NCBI GenBank assembly: GCA_036012755.1 | Contig: DASCPX010000009.1 | Coordinates: forward strand, 96,001 to 160,000 | From: Myxococcota bacterium | GTDB lineage: Bacteria > Myxococcota_A > UBA796 > CAJQPC01 | DNA length: 64,000 bases | Direction of reading: 5' to 3' | Shown here: positions 8,761 to 19,147 of the stretch, in pieces | Layout: each line of letters starts with the position of its first letter | Position numbering within the stretch: position 1 is the first letter of the stretch | Notes under the pieces: model-generated | The model's input: the letters and a program-made list of their open reading frames with translations, nothing else | What the model was told of the DNA's origin: nothing | Databases searched by the model: none | Made by a program: the position numbers and the translations under genes

Positions 8761-11465
8761 TCGGGCTCGCTGGCGCCCAGCAGCTCACCGAGAGCCGTGA
8801 TGTGCTCTCCGTACGCGGCCCAGTCGCCAGCCTTCTGGGCCTCGATGGCGGCTGCGTAGATCTCGGCCGCCTGCTGCATCGCTGGCACCTCGACCTCCAC
8901 GGTCGTCATCTCGCCGGTCTCCTCGTCGACGACCTCTTCCGTGCGGACCTCGACGGTCTCCTGGACGGTCTCGCCGAAGACCTTCTCGAGGGCCTCTTCG
9001 AGAGTCGGCTCCATCGCGATGCGCTCCTCGTAGGAGACGATGACGCGCTTGAGCTCCGGGAGCTGACCGGTCGCCGCCTTCAGGTAGAGAGGCTCGACGT
9101 AGAGCAGGCTCTTCTCGATCGGGATGACGAGCAGGTTGCCTCGCACGACCGAGCTGCCAGACTGCGACCAGAGCGTGATCTGCTGGGAGATCTCGGGATC
9201 CTGGTCGATGCGGGCCTCGATCTGGTTCGGTCCGAAGACCAGCTTCTGCTTCGGGAACTGGTAGAGCAACAGGCGCCCGTAGTGCTCCGGATCGCAGCGG
9301 GCCGCGAGCCAGCTGATCATGTTGTCCTTGCCCGTCGGGACGAAGGGACGGAGCAGGATGAACTCGGCCTCGGACTCGCCCGGGAGCTCCATGATCAGGT
9401 AGTAGCTCTCCATCTTCTGGGCGCTGCCGCCGTAGAGCTCCTTCGGCGACTCCCACATGTCCTCTCGGTTGTAGAAGACCGTGGTGTCCGTCATGTGGTA
9501 CGAGGCGTAGAGCCTCGCCTGGATGTCGAAGAAGCCCACCGGGTAGCGAAGGTGGGGGACGATCGACTCCGGCATCTCGGACATCGGGGTCAGCGCCCCC
9601 GGGAAGATGTCACCGTAGACTTGGATGAGCGGGTCCGTCTCGTCGGAGACGTAGAGCGTCACGGTGCCGTCGAATGCGTCCACCACGACCTTCACCGCGT
9701 TGCGGATGTAGTTGAAGCTGCCGCCGTAGGGCTCCGAGTACGGATAGCGATTCGTCACGGTGTAGGCGTCGATGATCCACACCAGCCGCCCATCGGCGAC
9801 GACGAGGTAGGGGTCGCGGTCGAAGCTCAAGAAGGGCGCGACCTCTGCGATCCGCTCGTCGAGCGTGCGACGCATGAGGATTCGACTGTCGTCCTTCAGG
9901 TACTGGGACAGCAGGATGTCCATGCTCGAGTAGTAGATGGCGAAGAGTGTCTTCCTCCAGCCCTCGAGTGGCACCCCGCCTTCGCCGGCGTAGGTCGTGT
10001 AGACGTTCTGGTCCCCGTCCGGGTAGTCGAACTCCTCGATGCCTGCCTTCACGAAGACGTAGCGGTCGGTGAGCTCGCCGTAGTAGATCTCGGGCCGGTC
10101 GATCTGCAGATCTGCGTTGGCCGAGGGTGGGATGTCCTTCACGAAGAGCTCGGGCAGGCCCTCCGAGGTCACGATGTTCACCGGCGAGACCGTCAGGCCG
10201 TAGCCGTGGGTGTAGCTGAAGTGCTCGTTGACCCAGCTGCGCGCCTGCGCCGGCACGTTGGCGTAGTTCAGCTCTCGGGCGGAAAGCATCACCTGGCGGA
10301 TCTGTCCGTCGAGCACGTAGCGGTCGATGTCGACGTCGTGGAAGTCGTAGTAGAGCCGGATCTCCTGAATCTGGGCGAAGGTCTGCAACAGCGGCCGATC
10401 GTCCCAGATGCGGATGTTGTCCAGCGTGTCCGGGCGCGCCTCGATGTCCGCCAACGTCAGCCCGGTCTCGGCCTCGAAGGGCTCCACGTCGATGCGGTCG
10501 AGGGCATAGGCGCTGCGTGTCCCCGAGATGTTCCGCTCGAGGTAGGGCTGCTCCAGCGTGAGCTCGCTCGGCGTGACGATGTACTGGTGCAGCAGGTTGG
10601 GCCAGGCCTTCGCGATGACGAGCGCGACCACGTAGATGGCGATCGAGACCGCGCCTGGCCGCCAGCTCCCGCGGAGGCCACCGGCGATCAGCGCGACGCC
10701 AGCCAGCACGGAGGCACCGACCATGACCCAGGCGCTGGGGATGCCGGCGTTGATGTCCGCGTAGTCAGCACCCCAGACCGCTCCCCGGTTCGTGAACAAG
10801 AGCAGGTAGCGATCGAGGTACCAGCCCGCCGCGATGGCGAAGAACCAGCCGCCGCCGAGGACCGCGAGGTGTCGGCCCGCCCGAGCGCTGAGCGAGATCC
10901 GCTTCAGCAGCACGTCCCGGAGGAGGTAGAAGCCACCGGTCAGCGCGATCGTGATCACGAACAGCGCGCTGGCGACCGACTGCGCGAGCTCCAGCACCGG
11001 GAGCGTGAAGACGTAGAAGCCGATGTCCTGCAAGAAGACGGGGTCCGTCTCTCCGAAGGGCCTCGCGTGGACGGCGGTGAGCACGTCGAGCCACTGTCTG
11101 GACAGCGGTCCCCCCGTGAGCAGGCCCGCGAAGACGGCGCCGAGCCCCAAAACCCACTTGACAGCGGACCGCAGGCTCTGGGGTGGGATCTTGCCCTCTG
11201 CGAGCAGGCGGCTGAGCAGGCCGTAGTTCAGGCCCGCCTCGCGGTGGGCGAAGGCGAGGTTGACGAGCACGAAGGCGAAGCCCAGGACCAAGCCTCCGAG
11301 CCACAGGCCGAGGGCCGCCCCGACGTGCGCCTGGAAGACCTGGGAGTAGCCGACGGCGTCGAACCAGAGCCAGTCGACGAGGACCTCGACGAGTGGGCGA
11401 TGGAGGACCCACAGTCCGAAGATGACCCCCAGGGCGATCCAGATGCGTGTGCGGTACTTCTGCAT
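8757..11465 (-). CDS. UPF0182 family membrane protein
   Basis: DWLWF..VGY, DPVF..DIGFYVFTLP, NIRIWD, YTHGYG, NYIRNAVKVVVDA and RGNLLVIP. Start reassigned to MQKYR. Confidence 0.93.
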   Translation of the reverse strand: MQKYRTRIWIALGVIFGLWVLHRPLVEVLVDWLWFDAVGYSQVFQAHVGAALGLWLGGLVLGFAFVLVNLAFAHREAGLNYGLLSRLLAEGKIPPQSLRSAVKWVLGLGAVFAGLLTGGPLSRQWLDVLTAVHARPFGETDPVFLQDIGFYVFTLPVLELAQSVASALFVITIALTGGFYLLRDVLLKRISLSARAGRHLAVLGGGWFFAIAAGWYLDRYLLLFTNRGAVWGADYADINAGIPSAWVMVGASVLAGVALIAGGLRGSWRPGAVSIAIYVVALVIAKAWPNLLHQYIVTPSELTLEQPYLERNISGTRSAYALDRIDVEPFEAETGLTLADIEARPDTLDNIRIWDDRPLLQTFAQIQEIRLYYDFHDVDIDRYVLDGQIRQVMLSARELNYANVPAQARSWVNEHFSYTHGYGLTVSPVNIVTSEGLPELFVKDIPPSANADLQIDRPEIYYGELTDRYVFVKAGIEEFDYPDGDQNVYTTYAGEGGVPLEGWRKTLFAIYYSSMDILLSQYLKDDSRILMRRTLDERIAEVAPFLSFDRDPYLVVADGRLVWIIDAYTVTNRYPYSEPYGGSFNYIRNAVKVVVDAFDGTVTLYVSDETDPLIQVYGDIFPGALTPMSEMPESIVPHLRYPVGFFDIQARLYASYHMTDTTVFYNREDMWESPKELYGGSAQKMESYYLIMELPGESEAEFILLRPFVPTGKDNMISWLAARCDPEHYGRLLLYQFPKQKLVFGPNQIEARIDQDPEISQQITLWSQSGSSVVRGNLLVIPIEKSLLYVEPLYLKAATGQLPELKRVIVSYEERIAMEPTLEEALEKVFGETVQETVEVRTEEVVDEETGEMTTVEVEVPAMQQAAEIYAAAIEAQKAGDWAAYGEHITALGELLGASEPE

Positions 11466-11505
11466 GGCAAGGGGTGTAACCACGCGCGCGATAGACTCGC
11501 CCCCC

Positions 11506-12654
11506 ATGCTCTGGGTCTCCCTCGCCATCGCTGCGCCGCTCTTGGTCGATCCGGACGTGAACCGGGACGAGGCGGCGGCATCCGTCCAGTCCGCCGCCGG
11601 GATCGAGGATCTCCAGGTGATGGGGCTGGAGGAGCTCCTCGGGGCCCGCCCGCCGCTGCTCTCCGGTGACGGGCAGGTCGATCTCTGCACCCGCGCCCCC
11701 TCCTCCGCCGGCCAGGTCTCGGAGCAGCTCGGCAAGGCCGAGGACAGCGTGTCCTACATGGACTACGAGGCGGCGCTCTCGGAGCTCGACGAGGTGGACG
11801 GCCTGCTCGCCTGCCTGCGGGACCCCGTGAGCCCCGCCGACGCCGCCCGGGCCTACTTCCTCCGCGGCATCGTGGCCTTCGACTCCGGGGACGAGGGCAA
11901 GGCGCTGCAGAGCTTCGTCCAGGCGCGCCAGTTCGACCCGGAGATCGCCTGGGACACAGCCTTCCCCCCTCGGGCCCAGGGCGTCTTCGACCAGGCGACG
12001 ACGATCTCGGCGGAGCAGGCTCCCGCCTCGCTGCTCCTCGTCCCGGCTCCCCCCGACATCCGAGTCGACGGGAGGCTCGCGTCCACCACCGGGAGCCAGC
12101 TCACCCTCGGCCCCGGCCGCCACCTCGTCCAGCTCGGGCCCGAGCCGATGACGACCTTCCAGGTGGAGCTCCAGGCCGGCTCCGAGGCCACCCTGGTCGT
12201 GCCAGCCATGGTCGACGAGCACGCACTGCGCGAGATCGCGACCGACGATCGCGTCGCCCTCAGCGCCGCGCTCGGGGCTCTGCTCGGCGAAGGCCAGCTC
12301 GTCTTCGTGGCCGTCCCCGGGGGCATCTGGAAGGGCAGCGCCGGCGGGCGCGCATGGGAACAGATCGTGGCCACGGAGCCCGTCGCGATCGCCGAGATCA
12401 TCGAGGTCCCGGCTCCCGAGCTGGAGCCAGGGGACAAGGGGGTGCGAAGGGGCCTGCTCGGGGTCGCCATAGGCACCGCGGCGGTCAGCGGGGCGCTGTA
12501 CGGCGGGGCCGCGCTCACGAACCAGGCCTTCTACGCCAGCGACACTCCGACCGGCCAGCTGGAGCAGGTCCAACAGCTCAACAACGGGCTCATCGTGGCC
12601 TCGGCTGGCCTCGGGGCCGTCGCCGTGGGCCTTGGCGTCGTGGCGGTCTTCTGA
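11506..12654 (+). CDS. Secreted TPR-like/PEGA-like protein with C-terminal hydrophobic helices
   Basis: Short signal peptide; TPR-like AYFLRGIVAF..GD...A..SF; IRVDG...LTLGPGRHLVQ; two C-terminal hydrophobic segments. Confidence 0.6.
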   Translation: MLWVSLAIAAPLLVDPDVNRDEAAASVQSAAGIEDLQVMGLEELLGARPPLLSGDGQVDLCTRAPSSAGQVSEQLGKAEDSVSYMDYEAALSELDEVDGLLACLRDPVSPADAARAYFLRGIVAFDSGDEGKALQSFVQARQFDPEIAWDTAFPPRAQGVFDQATTISAEQAPASLLLVPAPPDIRVDGRLASTTGSQLTLGPGRHLVQLGPEPMTTFQVELQAGSEATLVVPAMVDEHALREIATDDRVALSAALGALLGEGQLVFVAVPGGIWKGSAGGRAWEQIVATEPVAIAEIIEVPAPELEPGDKGVRRGLLGVAIGTAAVSGALYGGAALTNQAFYASDTPTGQLEQVQQLNNGLIVASAGLGAVAVGLGVVAVF

Positions 12655-13919
12655 TGTTCCTGCTGACCAGCTGTCTCTGGATCTCGGACGAGGACCTCGC
12701 CCGTGAGCTGAAGCGGCGAGAGCGCCCGGGAGAGACCCCGGAACCCACCGTGATCCTGGAGCTCTCCGGCACCGGGAGCTACGGCGCCGCGCTGGCGGCC
12801 TACGACGAGGACGGCGACGGAGTCCGCGAGCTGGCCATCGGCCTCCCGGACGCGGTGGATGGTGACGTCGACGTGCTCAGGTTCGGGGCGGAGGGCCCGG
12901 ACGTGACCGCGCTGGTCTTCCAGTCCATGAGCGAGACCAACGATGGACCTTGCGAGGCAGGCGGAGTCCTCGCCAACGCCGGTGACCTCGACGGAGACGG
13001 CGACGAAGAGCTCATGATCGGCATGCCTGGCTGCACGGTGGGAGGCGCCGACGGCGGCTGGGCCTTCTGGAAGGGCGGCAAGAACAACCCCAAGGGCGAG
13101 TTCTTCTTCTCCGGGAGCTTCGACCCCGGCACGGACATCGCGCGCTCGCGTGACCACGACGACAACGGCTACGACGACGTCATGATCGGCGCACCTGGCT
13201 ACGCGGAGTCGACCGGCGCGGTCTTCCTGAAGCGCTACGAAGAAGAGCCAGGTGACATCGTCATCTACGTCGGCGAGAACGTCGGCGACCGCTTCGGCGG
13301 GGCGGTGACCGGACCCGGCGACACCAACGGCGACGGAGCCTCGGACGTCGTCATCGCCTCACCCGAGGCCGGCGGCGGGGCAGGAGCCGCCTACCTGATC
13401 GTCGGGCCGCAGCCAGCCACCAGCGTCGCCACGCCGGTGGAGGCTTCCACCCCCCGGACGAACGGAGCCAGCGGCAGCGGGCTGGGCTCCGAGCTCGGCA
13501 GCGGCGGGGACGTCAACGACGACGGCCTGGACGACTGGCTCATACAGGTCCCGGGCCTGGACGAGGTGCTCGTCGTGCTCGGCTCCTCGAACGATGACGC
13601 CGCGGTCGACCTGATCATCCACGGCGAGCCTGGGATCGGCGCCGCCCTGGAGATCTCGGACCTGGACGCCGACGGCTCAGCCGAGCTCCTCGTCGGCTCA
13701 CCCTTCGGAGAGGGCGCGGTCTATGTCTTCGAGGCCCCCCTGAGCGCCTCGATGGAGCTCACGGACGCCACGACGACGATCATCGGAGCCGTGGACGGAG
13801 GTGAGTTCGGGGCCTCGCTGGCGGTCTTCGCCGATCTCGACGGTGACGGCATCGGGGAGGTGGCAATCGGCGCGCCGACGGAGCAGACTGTCGAGCTGTT
13901 CACCGGACTCACCTACTGA
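12654..13919 (+). CDS. FG-GAP/integrin-alpha repeat beta-propeller lipoprotein
   Basis: Repeated GDxDGDGxDDxxIGAP and FG motifs; ATG overlaps the upstream TGA. Confidence 0.85.
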   Translation: MFLLTSCLWISDEDLARELKRRERPGETPEPTVILELSGTGSYGAALAAYDEDGDGVRELAIGLPDAVDGDVDVLRFGAEGPDVTALVFQSMSETNDGPCEAGGVLANAGDLDGDGDEELMIGMPGCTVGGADGGWAFWKGGKNNPKGEFFFSGSFDPGTDIARSRDHDDNGYDDVMIGAPGYAESTGAVFLKRYEEEPGDIVIYVGENVGDRFGGAVTGPGDTNGDGASDVVIASPEAGGGAGAAYLIVGPQPATSVATPVEASTPRTNGASGSGLGSELGSGGDVNDDGLDDWLIQVPGLDEVLVVLGSSNDDAAVDLIIHGEPGIGAALEISDLDADGSAELLVGSPFGEGAVYVFEAPLSASMELTDATTTIIGAVDGGEFGASLAVFADLDGDGIGEVAIGAPTEQTVELFTGLTY

Positions 13920-15460
13920 TGCAGCCTGCTCCCCTGGCAAACGGCCGCTACGTGCTCGACCGCAGCCTCGGCGAGGGCGGCATGGCAACGGTCTGGTTCG
14001 GGCAGGACACCCTGCTCGATGTCCCCCGCGCGGTGAAGGTGCTGGCGCCTGCGATGGCCAGGAACGAGACCCTGCGGACCCGCTTCCTACACGAAGCGCG
14101 CACGATGGCAAAGCTGCGGCACGCCAACATCGTGACCGTCTTCGACGTCGGCATGGACCAGCGCAGGCCCTACATCATCATGGAGGTGCTGGAGGGGGGC
14201 AGCGTCGTCGACTACGTGCACACCTACGGGCCGATGCGCCCGTCGGTCGCTGTCCGCCTGATCCGCGGCGTGCTCAACGGCCTGGGCATCGCCCACGCCG
14301 CCGGGGTCGTCCACAGGGACGTGAAGCCCCACAACATCCTCCTGACCATCGAGGGCATTCCCAAGCTCACGGACTTCGGCATCGCCCAGGCGGACGGCCG
14401 CAAGAGCCTGACGCGCACGGGCATGATGATGGGCACCCTCGCGTTCATGTCGCCAGAGCAGCGCTCGAACCCGAAGGGCGTGGACCACCGCGCGGACCTC
14501 TACAGCGTCGGCACGACCCTGTACTCGATGCTGACCGGAGACGAGCCCTTCGACCTCTACTCGACGGAGCTGCGAGAGCCTCGACTGCAAGCGGTCCCGG
14601 ACGCGCTGGCGGAGATCCTGCGCAAGGCCTGCGCGCTGTCGGCGGACGCCCGCTACCAGTCGGCCGAGGAGCTCGACGCGGCGCTGGCGGCGGTCGAGGG
14701 CGAGCTCGCCGAGGGCTTGGCTGCCGAGGCCGCCTGGGTGATGCTCCTGGAGCAGCTCGGGGAGACCTCGGAGAAGCAGACCGGTCCGCTGCCCGAGTTG
14801 CCGGAGGGCAGCCAGGACACCCTCATGCCGGTCGAGGACCCCCAGGACGCCCACACCTCGGCCCAGGGGACGATGGACCTCCACTCCCTGCCCAGCGGCC
14901 TGACGGACACGGAGCCGCCTCGCCGATCGCGCATGCCGATGCTGCTCGCGCTGTTGTCGGTGGCGGTCCTCACCGGTGGTACGACGTGGTGGCTGGCCCA
15001 GCCCGACGCGGTCGTGGAGGAGCCGAAGGTCGTCGAGCCGGTGGCGAAGCCGCCTCCACCGCGCAAGGCGCCCGCAGCCGTCGAGGTCGCGGAGGAGCCG
15101 ATCGAAGCCGAGGCCCCAGAGCCGGTGGAGGAAGAGGTGGAGGAGGAGGTCACGCCAGCGCTTGTTTCCGCGCCGATGGTCGTCGCCGCGCCGACCGAGC
15201 CGGCGCCCGAGGAGGCCACGGAGCCAGCCGCCGCGACCGTCCAGGCCTACATCAACACCAAGCCCTGGTCAGACCTGAGCATCGACGGAGTGTCGAAGGG
15301 CACGACCGGCTGGAAGGGCAGCCTGGCGATCGGGACCCACGCCCTGTCCTTCACAAGCCAGGACGGCGAGACCATCACCCAGACCGTGACGGTGAAGCCC
15401 GGAGCCCCCTTCCGCCACTGCTACGACTTCGCCGCCCAGGGGCCCTGCGCGCGCCGCTGA
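13919..15460 (+). CDS. Transmembrane Ser/Thr protein kinase with C-terminal PEGA-like domain
   Basis: LGEGGMATV, AVKVL, HRDVKPHNIL, TDFGIA, GTLAFMSPEQ and DLYSVG; TM helix; NTKPWS.LSIDG. Confidence 0.95.
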   Translation: MQPAPLANGRYVLDRSLGEGGMATVWFGQDTLLDVPRAVKVLAPAMARNETLRTRFLHEARTMAKLRHANIVTVFDVGMDQRRPYIIMEVLEGGSVVDYVHTYGPMRPSVAVRLIRGVLNGLGIAHAAGVVHRDVKPHNILLTIEGIPKLTDFGIAQADGRKSLTRTGMMMGTLAFMSPEQRSNPKGVDHRADLYSVGTTLYSMLTGDEPFDLYSTELREPRLQAVPDALAEILRKACALSADARYQSAEELDAALAAVEGELAEGLAAEAAWVMLLEQLGETSEKQTGPLPELPEGSQDTLMPVEDPQDAHTSAQGTMDLHSLPSGLTDTEPPRRSRMPMLLALLSVAVLTGGTTWWLAQPDAVVEEPKVVEPVAKPPPPRKAPAAVEVAEEPIEAEAPEPVEEEVEEEVTPALVSAPMVVAAPTEPAPEEATEPAAATVQAYINTKPWSDLSIDGVSKGTTGWKGSLAIGTHALSFTSQDGETITQTVTVKPGAPFRHCYDFAAQGPCARR

Positions 15461-15474
15461 GATAGAGCCGCCCC

Positions 15475-16659
15475 ATGCTGCTGTCGCTCGCGCTGTCGTG
15501 TACGTCCCCGGAGCCCACGCCGCCCCTCGAGCAGGAGGAGTCCGCCAGCGAGGGCCACTGGACGAAGCTCGACACCCTCGCCTTCGGGCACGCGGACCAC
15601 ACGGCGACGATGCTGCCGGGGCAGCAGATCATCGTGCTCGGTGGCTTCTCGGACAAGGTCGAGCGCGTCGACGTCCCAGCCCGTCGGATCCGCGCGGCGA
15701 GTCCCCTCCCCCAGGCGCGCATGAACCACGCCGCCGCGGCGCTGCCAGACGGGCGGCTGATCGTCGCCGGCGGCGAGGTCTACGACCGCGACACCCGCGA
15801 GCGCACGGCGACCAACACCGTCTTGATCTGGGACCCCGAGACCGACACCTGGTCCGACGGACCGGCGCTCTCGACGGTGCGAGTCGACTTCACGCTCAGC
15901 CCCTATGGCGACGGCGTGATCGCCATCGGCGGCAAGGACGGCGAGGGTGCCGTGCTCGGCCGAACAGAGGTCCTGGCAGCTGGCGCCTGGCTGGAGGGCC
16001 CGGCTGTGTCCCCGCGTCACGGCCACGACGTGGACGCGTGGCGAGGTGGACTCGTCATCACCGGTGGACGCGACGGCGACCCGGTGGGCCTCGTCGAGCA
16101 CATCGTCGAGGGCCGCACGAAGCTGCTCGCCACGCTGTCGCCACCTCGCGCGGACCAGGTGACGCTGGTGCTGGACGACGACAGCCTCATGGTCATCGGC
16201 GGAGACGACGGCACCGACGTGCTCGCTGACGTCGACCAGCTCGTCGACGGTCAGTGGGTGGCGCTCACCCCCTTGTCCCATCCCCGCTCCCAGCACGGCG
16301 CGGGCCAGGTGGCCGATGGCCGCGTCGTGGTCTTCGGAGGCCGTCCGGTGGTGGCCTCCCCCGACGCCCTGCCGATCCGCGACGTCGAGATCTACGAGGC
16401 CGACGGCGCCTGGCGAGAGGCCAACCGCCAGGTCCAGGCCCGCTACGAGGGCGTGACGCTGCCGCTGGAGGACGGGAGGGTCCTCGTCGCCGGTGGGAAC
16501 TCCCGGGGCAAGGTCATCCTCGAGGTCTCGGTCTACTCTCCGGAGCCCAAGCCGCCGCGGGTCAAGCAGCCAGAGGACACAGCGCCTCCGGAGCCCGCGG
16601 AGCCCTCGGAGCCCTCGGAGCGACCCCCTGCTCCTCCCGGACTGCCCCCGGGGATCTGA
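15475..16659 (+). CDS. Kelch-repeat lipoprotein
   Basis: Repeated H.A..L.DGR.(I/V)V.GG motifs with spaced Trp; LSC lipobox. Confidence 0.85.
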   Translation: MLLSLALSCTSPEPTPPLEQEESASEGHWTKLDTLAFGHADHTATMLPGQQIIVLGGFSDKVERVDVPARRIRAASPLPQARMNHAAAALPDGRLIVAGGEVYDRDTRERTATNTVLIWDPETDTWSDGPALSTVRVDFTLSPYGDGVIAIGGKDGEGAVLGRTEVLAAGAWLEGPAVSPRHGHDVDAWRGGLVITGGRDGDPVGLVEHIVEGRTKLLATLSPPRADQVTLVLDDDSLMVIGGDDGTDVLADVDQLVDGQWVALTPLSHPRSQHGAGQVADGRVVVFGGRPVVASPDALPIRDVEIYEADGAWREANRQVQARYEGVTLPLEDGRVLVAGGNSRGKVILEVSVYSPEPKPPRVKQPEDTAPPEPAEPSEPSERPPAPPGLPPGI

Positions 16660-16661
16660 CC

Positions 16662-17114
16662 TCAGTCGCCCCGGATGCTGTCCGGATCGAAGAGCGCGGC
16701 GATCTGGATTCGAGCGCCGCTGTCGAGGATCTTCGTGTGGCAACCCAGGCGGTGGCTGGGTTCGCGAGGTGGACCCGGCTCGCGGGCCCGCCCATCGTGG
16801 GGATCCCCGCGTACGTGAGCCTCGATGGTCAGCTCCTCGTGCTCGCTCATCTTCGACAAGCCGGTGGCGTCGAGCGTCTCGAGCCTGCAAGAGCCACAGC
16901 CTCCGTCCGGACAGGTCCCGCCCGCACGCCGACCGGTGGAGATGGTGAGGCCGTTTGCGTCCGCGGCCATCAGGATCGAGTAGTGCTTCTCGACCTGAAG
17001 CGGCCTCTCCGTCCCGTCCGGGAGGACGAAGGTGATGGAGCAGGTCGAGACCTCCGGGCCCTTGCCGAGACCGAGGATGTCCTTGAGCTTGTTGCGAATC
17101 CCGAAGCGGGACAT
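16662..17114 (-). CDS. 2Fe-2S ferredoxin-type protein
   Basis: C-x4-C-x2-C (CPDGGCGSC) plus distal RLGC. Confidence 0.85.
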   Translation of the reverse strand: MSRFGIRNKLKDILGLGKGPEVSTCSITFVLPDGTERPLQVEKHYSILMAADANGLTISTGRRAGGTCPDGGCGSCRLETLDATGLSKMSEHEELTIEAHVRGDPHDGRAREPGPPREPSHRLGCHTKILDSGARIQIAALFDPDSIRGD

Positions 17115-17123
17115 CCGACCTCC

Positions 17124-17927
17124 TCAGCCCTTCAGCGCAGCGGTGAGAAAATCATACGCGTCGTCGGTGCTGTCGCTCAGGTGGAAGAGGTCCTTGTCCT
17201 TGGCAGAGATCGTCCCCCACTCGATCATGGCGTCGACGTTCAGGACCTCGGTCCAGTACTCCGAGCCGTAGAGCACGATGGGCAAGGGCTTCTTCACCTT
17301 GCCAGTCTGGCGGAGCGTCAACAGCTCGGCGAACTCGTCGAGGGTCCCGAAGCCGCCGGGGAACACGACCATGGCCTTGGCCAGGTACATGAACCAGTAC
17401 TTCCGCGTGAAGAAGTAGTGGAAGACGAAGCCGAGTTCGGGCGTGACGTACTGGTTGAGGCGCTCCTCGAAGGGCAACGAGATGCCGAGGCCCACGCTCC
17501 GACCACCCTCGACGTCCGCGGCGCCCCGGTTGCCAGCCTCCATGATGCCCGGCCCGCCGCCGGTGCAGACGAGGTACTCGTGGCCGTTGGGGCGCTCCAA
17601 GCCGAACTCGGTGAAGCGACGGGCGAGGACCCGACAGTCGTCGTAGTAGCGGCTGCCGCGCAGCCTCCTCTTTGCGAGGAGGACCTCCTCCTCGAGCTTC
17701 GCGGACTCGCCGTTGCCCTCTGCGAGCGCCTTCTGCGCGTGCTCCAGCCGGCTCCGTGCGACCTCTCCGGGGAGCGTCCGGGCCGAGCCGAACATCACGA
17801 TCGTGTCGCGGACGTTGTGCTCCCGGAAGCGCAGGCGCGGCTCTTCGTACTCGCAGTTGATCCGAATCAGCCGGGCAGCTGGAGAGTTCAGGAATTCCAG
17901 GTTCTTATAGGCCTTCTCGTGGACCAT
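17124..17927 (-). CDS. LOG family (TIGR00730-like) nucleotide monophosphate nucleosidase
   Basis: MFGSAR, TGGGPGIMEAGNRGA, YFFTRKYWF and PGGFGTLDE. Confidence 0.92.
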   Translation of the reverse strand: MVHEKAYKNLEFLNSPAARLIRINCEYEEPRLRFREHNVRDTIVMFGSARTLPGEVARSRLEHAQKALAEGNGESAKLEEEVLLAKRRLRGSRYYDDCRVLARRFTEFGLERPNGHEYLVCTGGGPGIMEAGNRGAADVEGGRSVGLGISLPFEERLNQYVTPELGFVFHYFFTRKYWFMYLAKAMVVFPGGFGTLDEFAELLTLRQTGKVKKPLPIVLYGSEYWTEVLNVDAMIEWGTISAKDKDLFHLSDSTDDAYDFLTAALKG

Positions 17928-18052
17928 TGTCCGTCCTATTCGGTCTTGGGTCCCCCATGGGTATGCCGCCGGTAGCGGCTTGTCGCAGCGCCGGTGTCCG
18001 AAGGGCAGCAACACGACAGGACGGGCCCCGGAAGCCCAGGAGACAAAGCCCC

Positions 18053-18547
18053 ATGCGAAGCCTCATTCTCTTCTCCGGCCTCATGGCCACCACTACCGGC
18101 TGCATCGTCTACGACTACGACGAAGACTGCGATCCGGACATCCCCTGCCACGACGGGAGCTGGGACGACCTCGATGACTCCGGTCTGACCGACGACGTCG
18201 AGGAGGAGATCCCGGTCGAGCTCTCCTTCACCCCGGACCACGCCGAGCAGGGCGAGGTCTTCTCCGCGGTCATCCGCGTGACCGACGGCGAGATGGACCT
18301 CTCGAGCGTCAGCGAGATCACGATCTACGGCGACGCCATCCTCCACTCGGCGGTCGCCCGGCCCGACAGCATCACGGCCATCTTCGAGCTCTCAGCCGAC
18401 GGCGAGCTCGGCCCGGTCGACATCGTGCTCGAGACAGCCGCCGGAGACGGTGAGCTCATCCCAGGCGCCTTCACGGTCTTCGAGGCCGGCAGCGGGAACT
18501 CCGCGAACGACTGGAACGACGGCTCGGCCGAGGACGACTGCGAGTGA
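18053..18547 (+). CDS. Hypothetical acidic lipoprotein with Ig-like domain
   Basis: MRSLILFSGLMATTTGC lipobox; acidic linker; beta-rich domain. Confidence 0.65.
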   Translation: MRSLILFSGLMATTTGCIVYDYDEDCDPDIPCHDGSWDDLDDSGLTDDVEEEIPVELSFTPDHAEQGEVFSAVIRVTDGEMDLSSVSEITIYGDAILHSAVARPDSITAIFELSADGELGPVDIVLETAAGDGELIPGAFTVFEAGSGNSANDWNDGSAEDDCE

Positions 18548-18651
18548 CGCGGCCGTCCGCGACCTCGGGCCTCGCTCTCCAGGAGCGGGGCCCAGCCCTT
18601 GCGGGCTCGCGGAGACGCGCTACCGGTGAGACCGGAGCGCGAAAGGTGGGA

Positions 18652-19143
18652 ATGGACGTCGAGGTCCTGTATCGACGCTACGGGGACATGGTCCTCGGTC
18701 GCTGCAGGACGCTGCTGCGCAACGACGCGGAGGCCCAGGACGCCTGCCAGGAGGTCTTCCTCAAGGTCCACCGCTACCGCCACAGCTTCCGAAACGAAGC
18801 CAAGCCCAGCACCTACCTCTTCCGGGTCACCACGACGGTCTGCCTCAACCGGATCCGGTCCCGGGGCCGGCGCAAGGAAGACCTCGTCGATGAGCCGGCG
18901 CCGGTGGCGGTCGTGGACTCCCACCTCTGTGGCGTCGATTCGCGGCAGCTCGTGGACCTCCTCCTCGAGGAAGCCGACGAGCGCACAGCCGCCTGCATCG
19001 TCCACCACTACGTCGACGGCATGACCCACGCCGAGATCGGCACGATGCTCGGCCTCTCCGGCGCTGCGATCCGCAAGCGCATCTCCACCTTCAAGAAGCG
19101 ATTCGCCGCGAATCCCCCCAACTGGATCGGCGAGCTCGAGTAG
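18652..19143 (+). CDS. ECF RNA polymerase sigma-70 factor
   Basis: Region 2 EAQDACQEVFLK...STYLFRVTTTVCLN and region 4 DGMTHAEIG..LGLS. Confidence 0.93.
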   Translation: MDVEVLYRRYGDMVLGRCRTLLRNDAEAQDACQEVFLKVHRYRHSFRNEAKPSTYLFRVTTTVCLNRIRSRGRRKEDLVDEPAPVAVVDSHLCGVDSRQLVDLLLEEADERTAACIVHHYVDGMTHAEIGTMLGLSGAAIRKRISTFKKRFAANPPNWIGELE

Positions 19144-19147
19144 CGAA

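Noticed and set aside
8802..11669. 955-aa plus-strand ORF (likewise 16254-17975, 31808-33595, 54365-56683 and 60106-62691)
   Set aside because: Antisense shadows of well-supported genes; expected from high-GC codon bias and without motifs.
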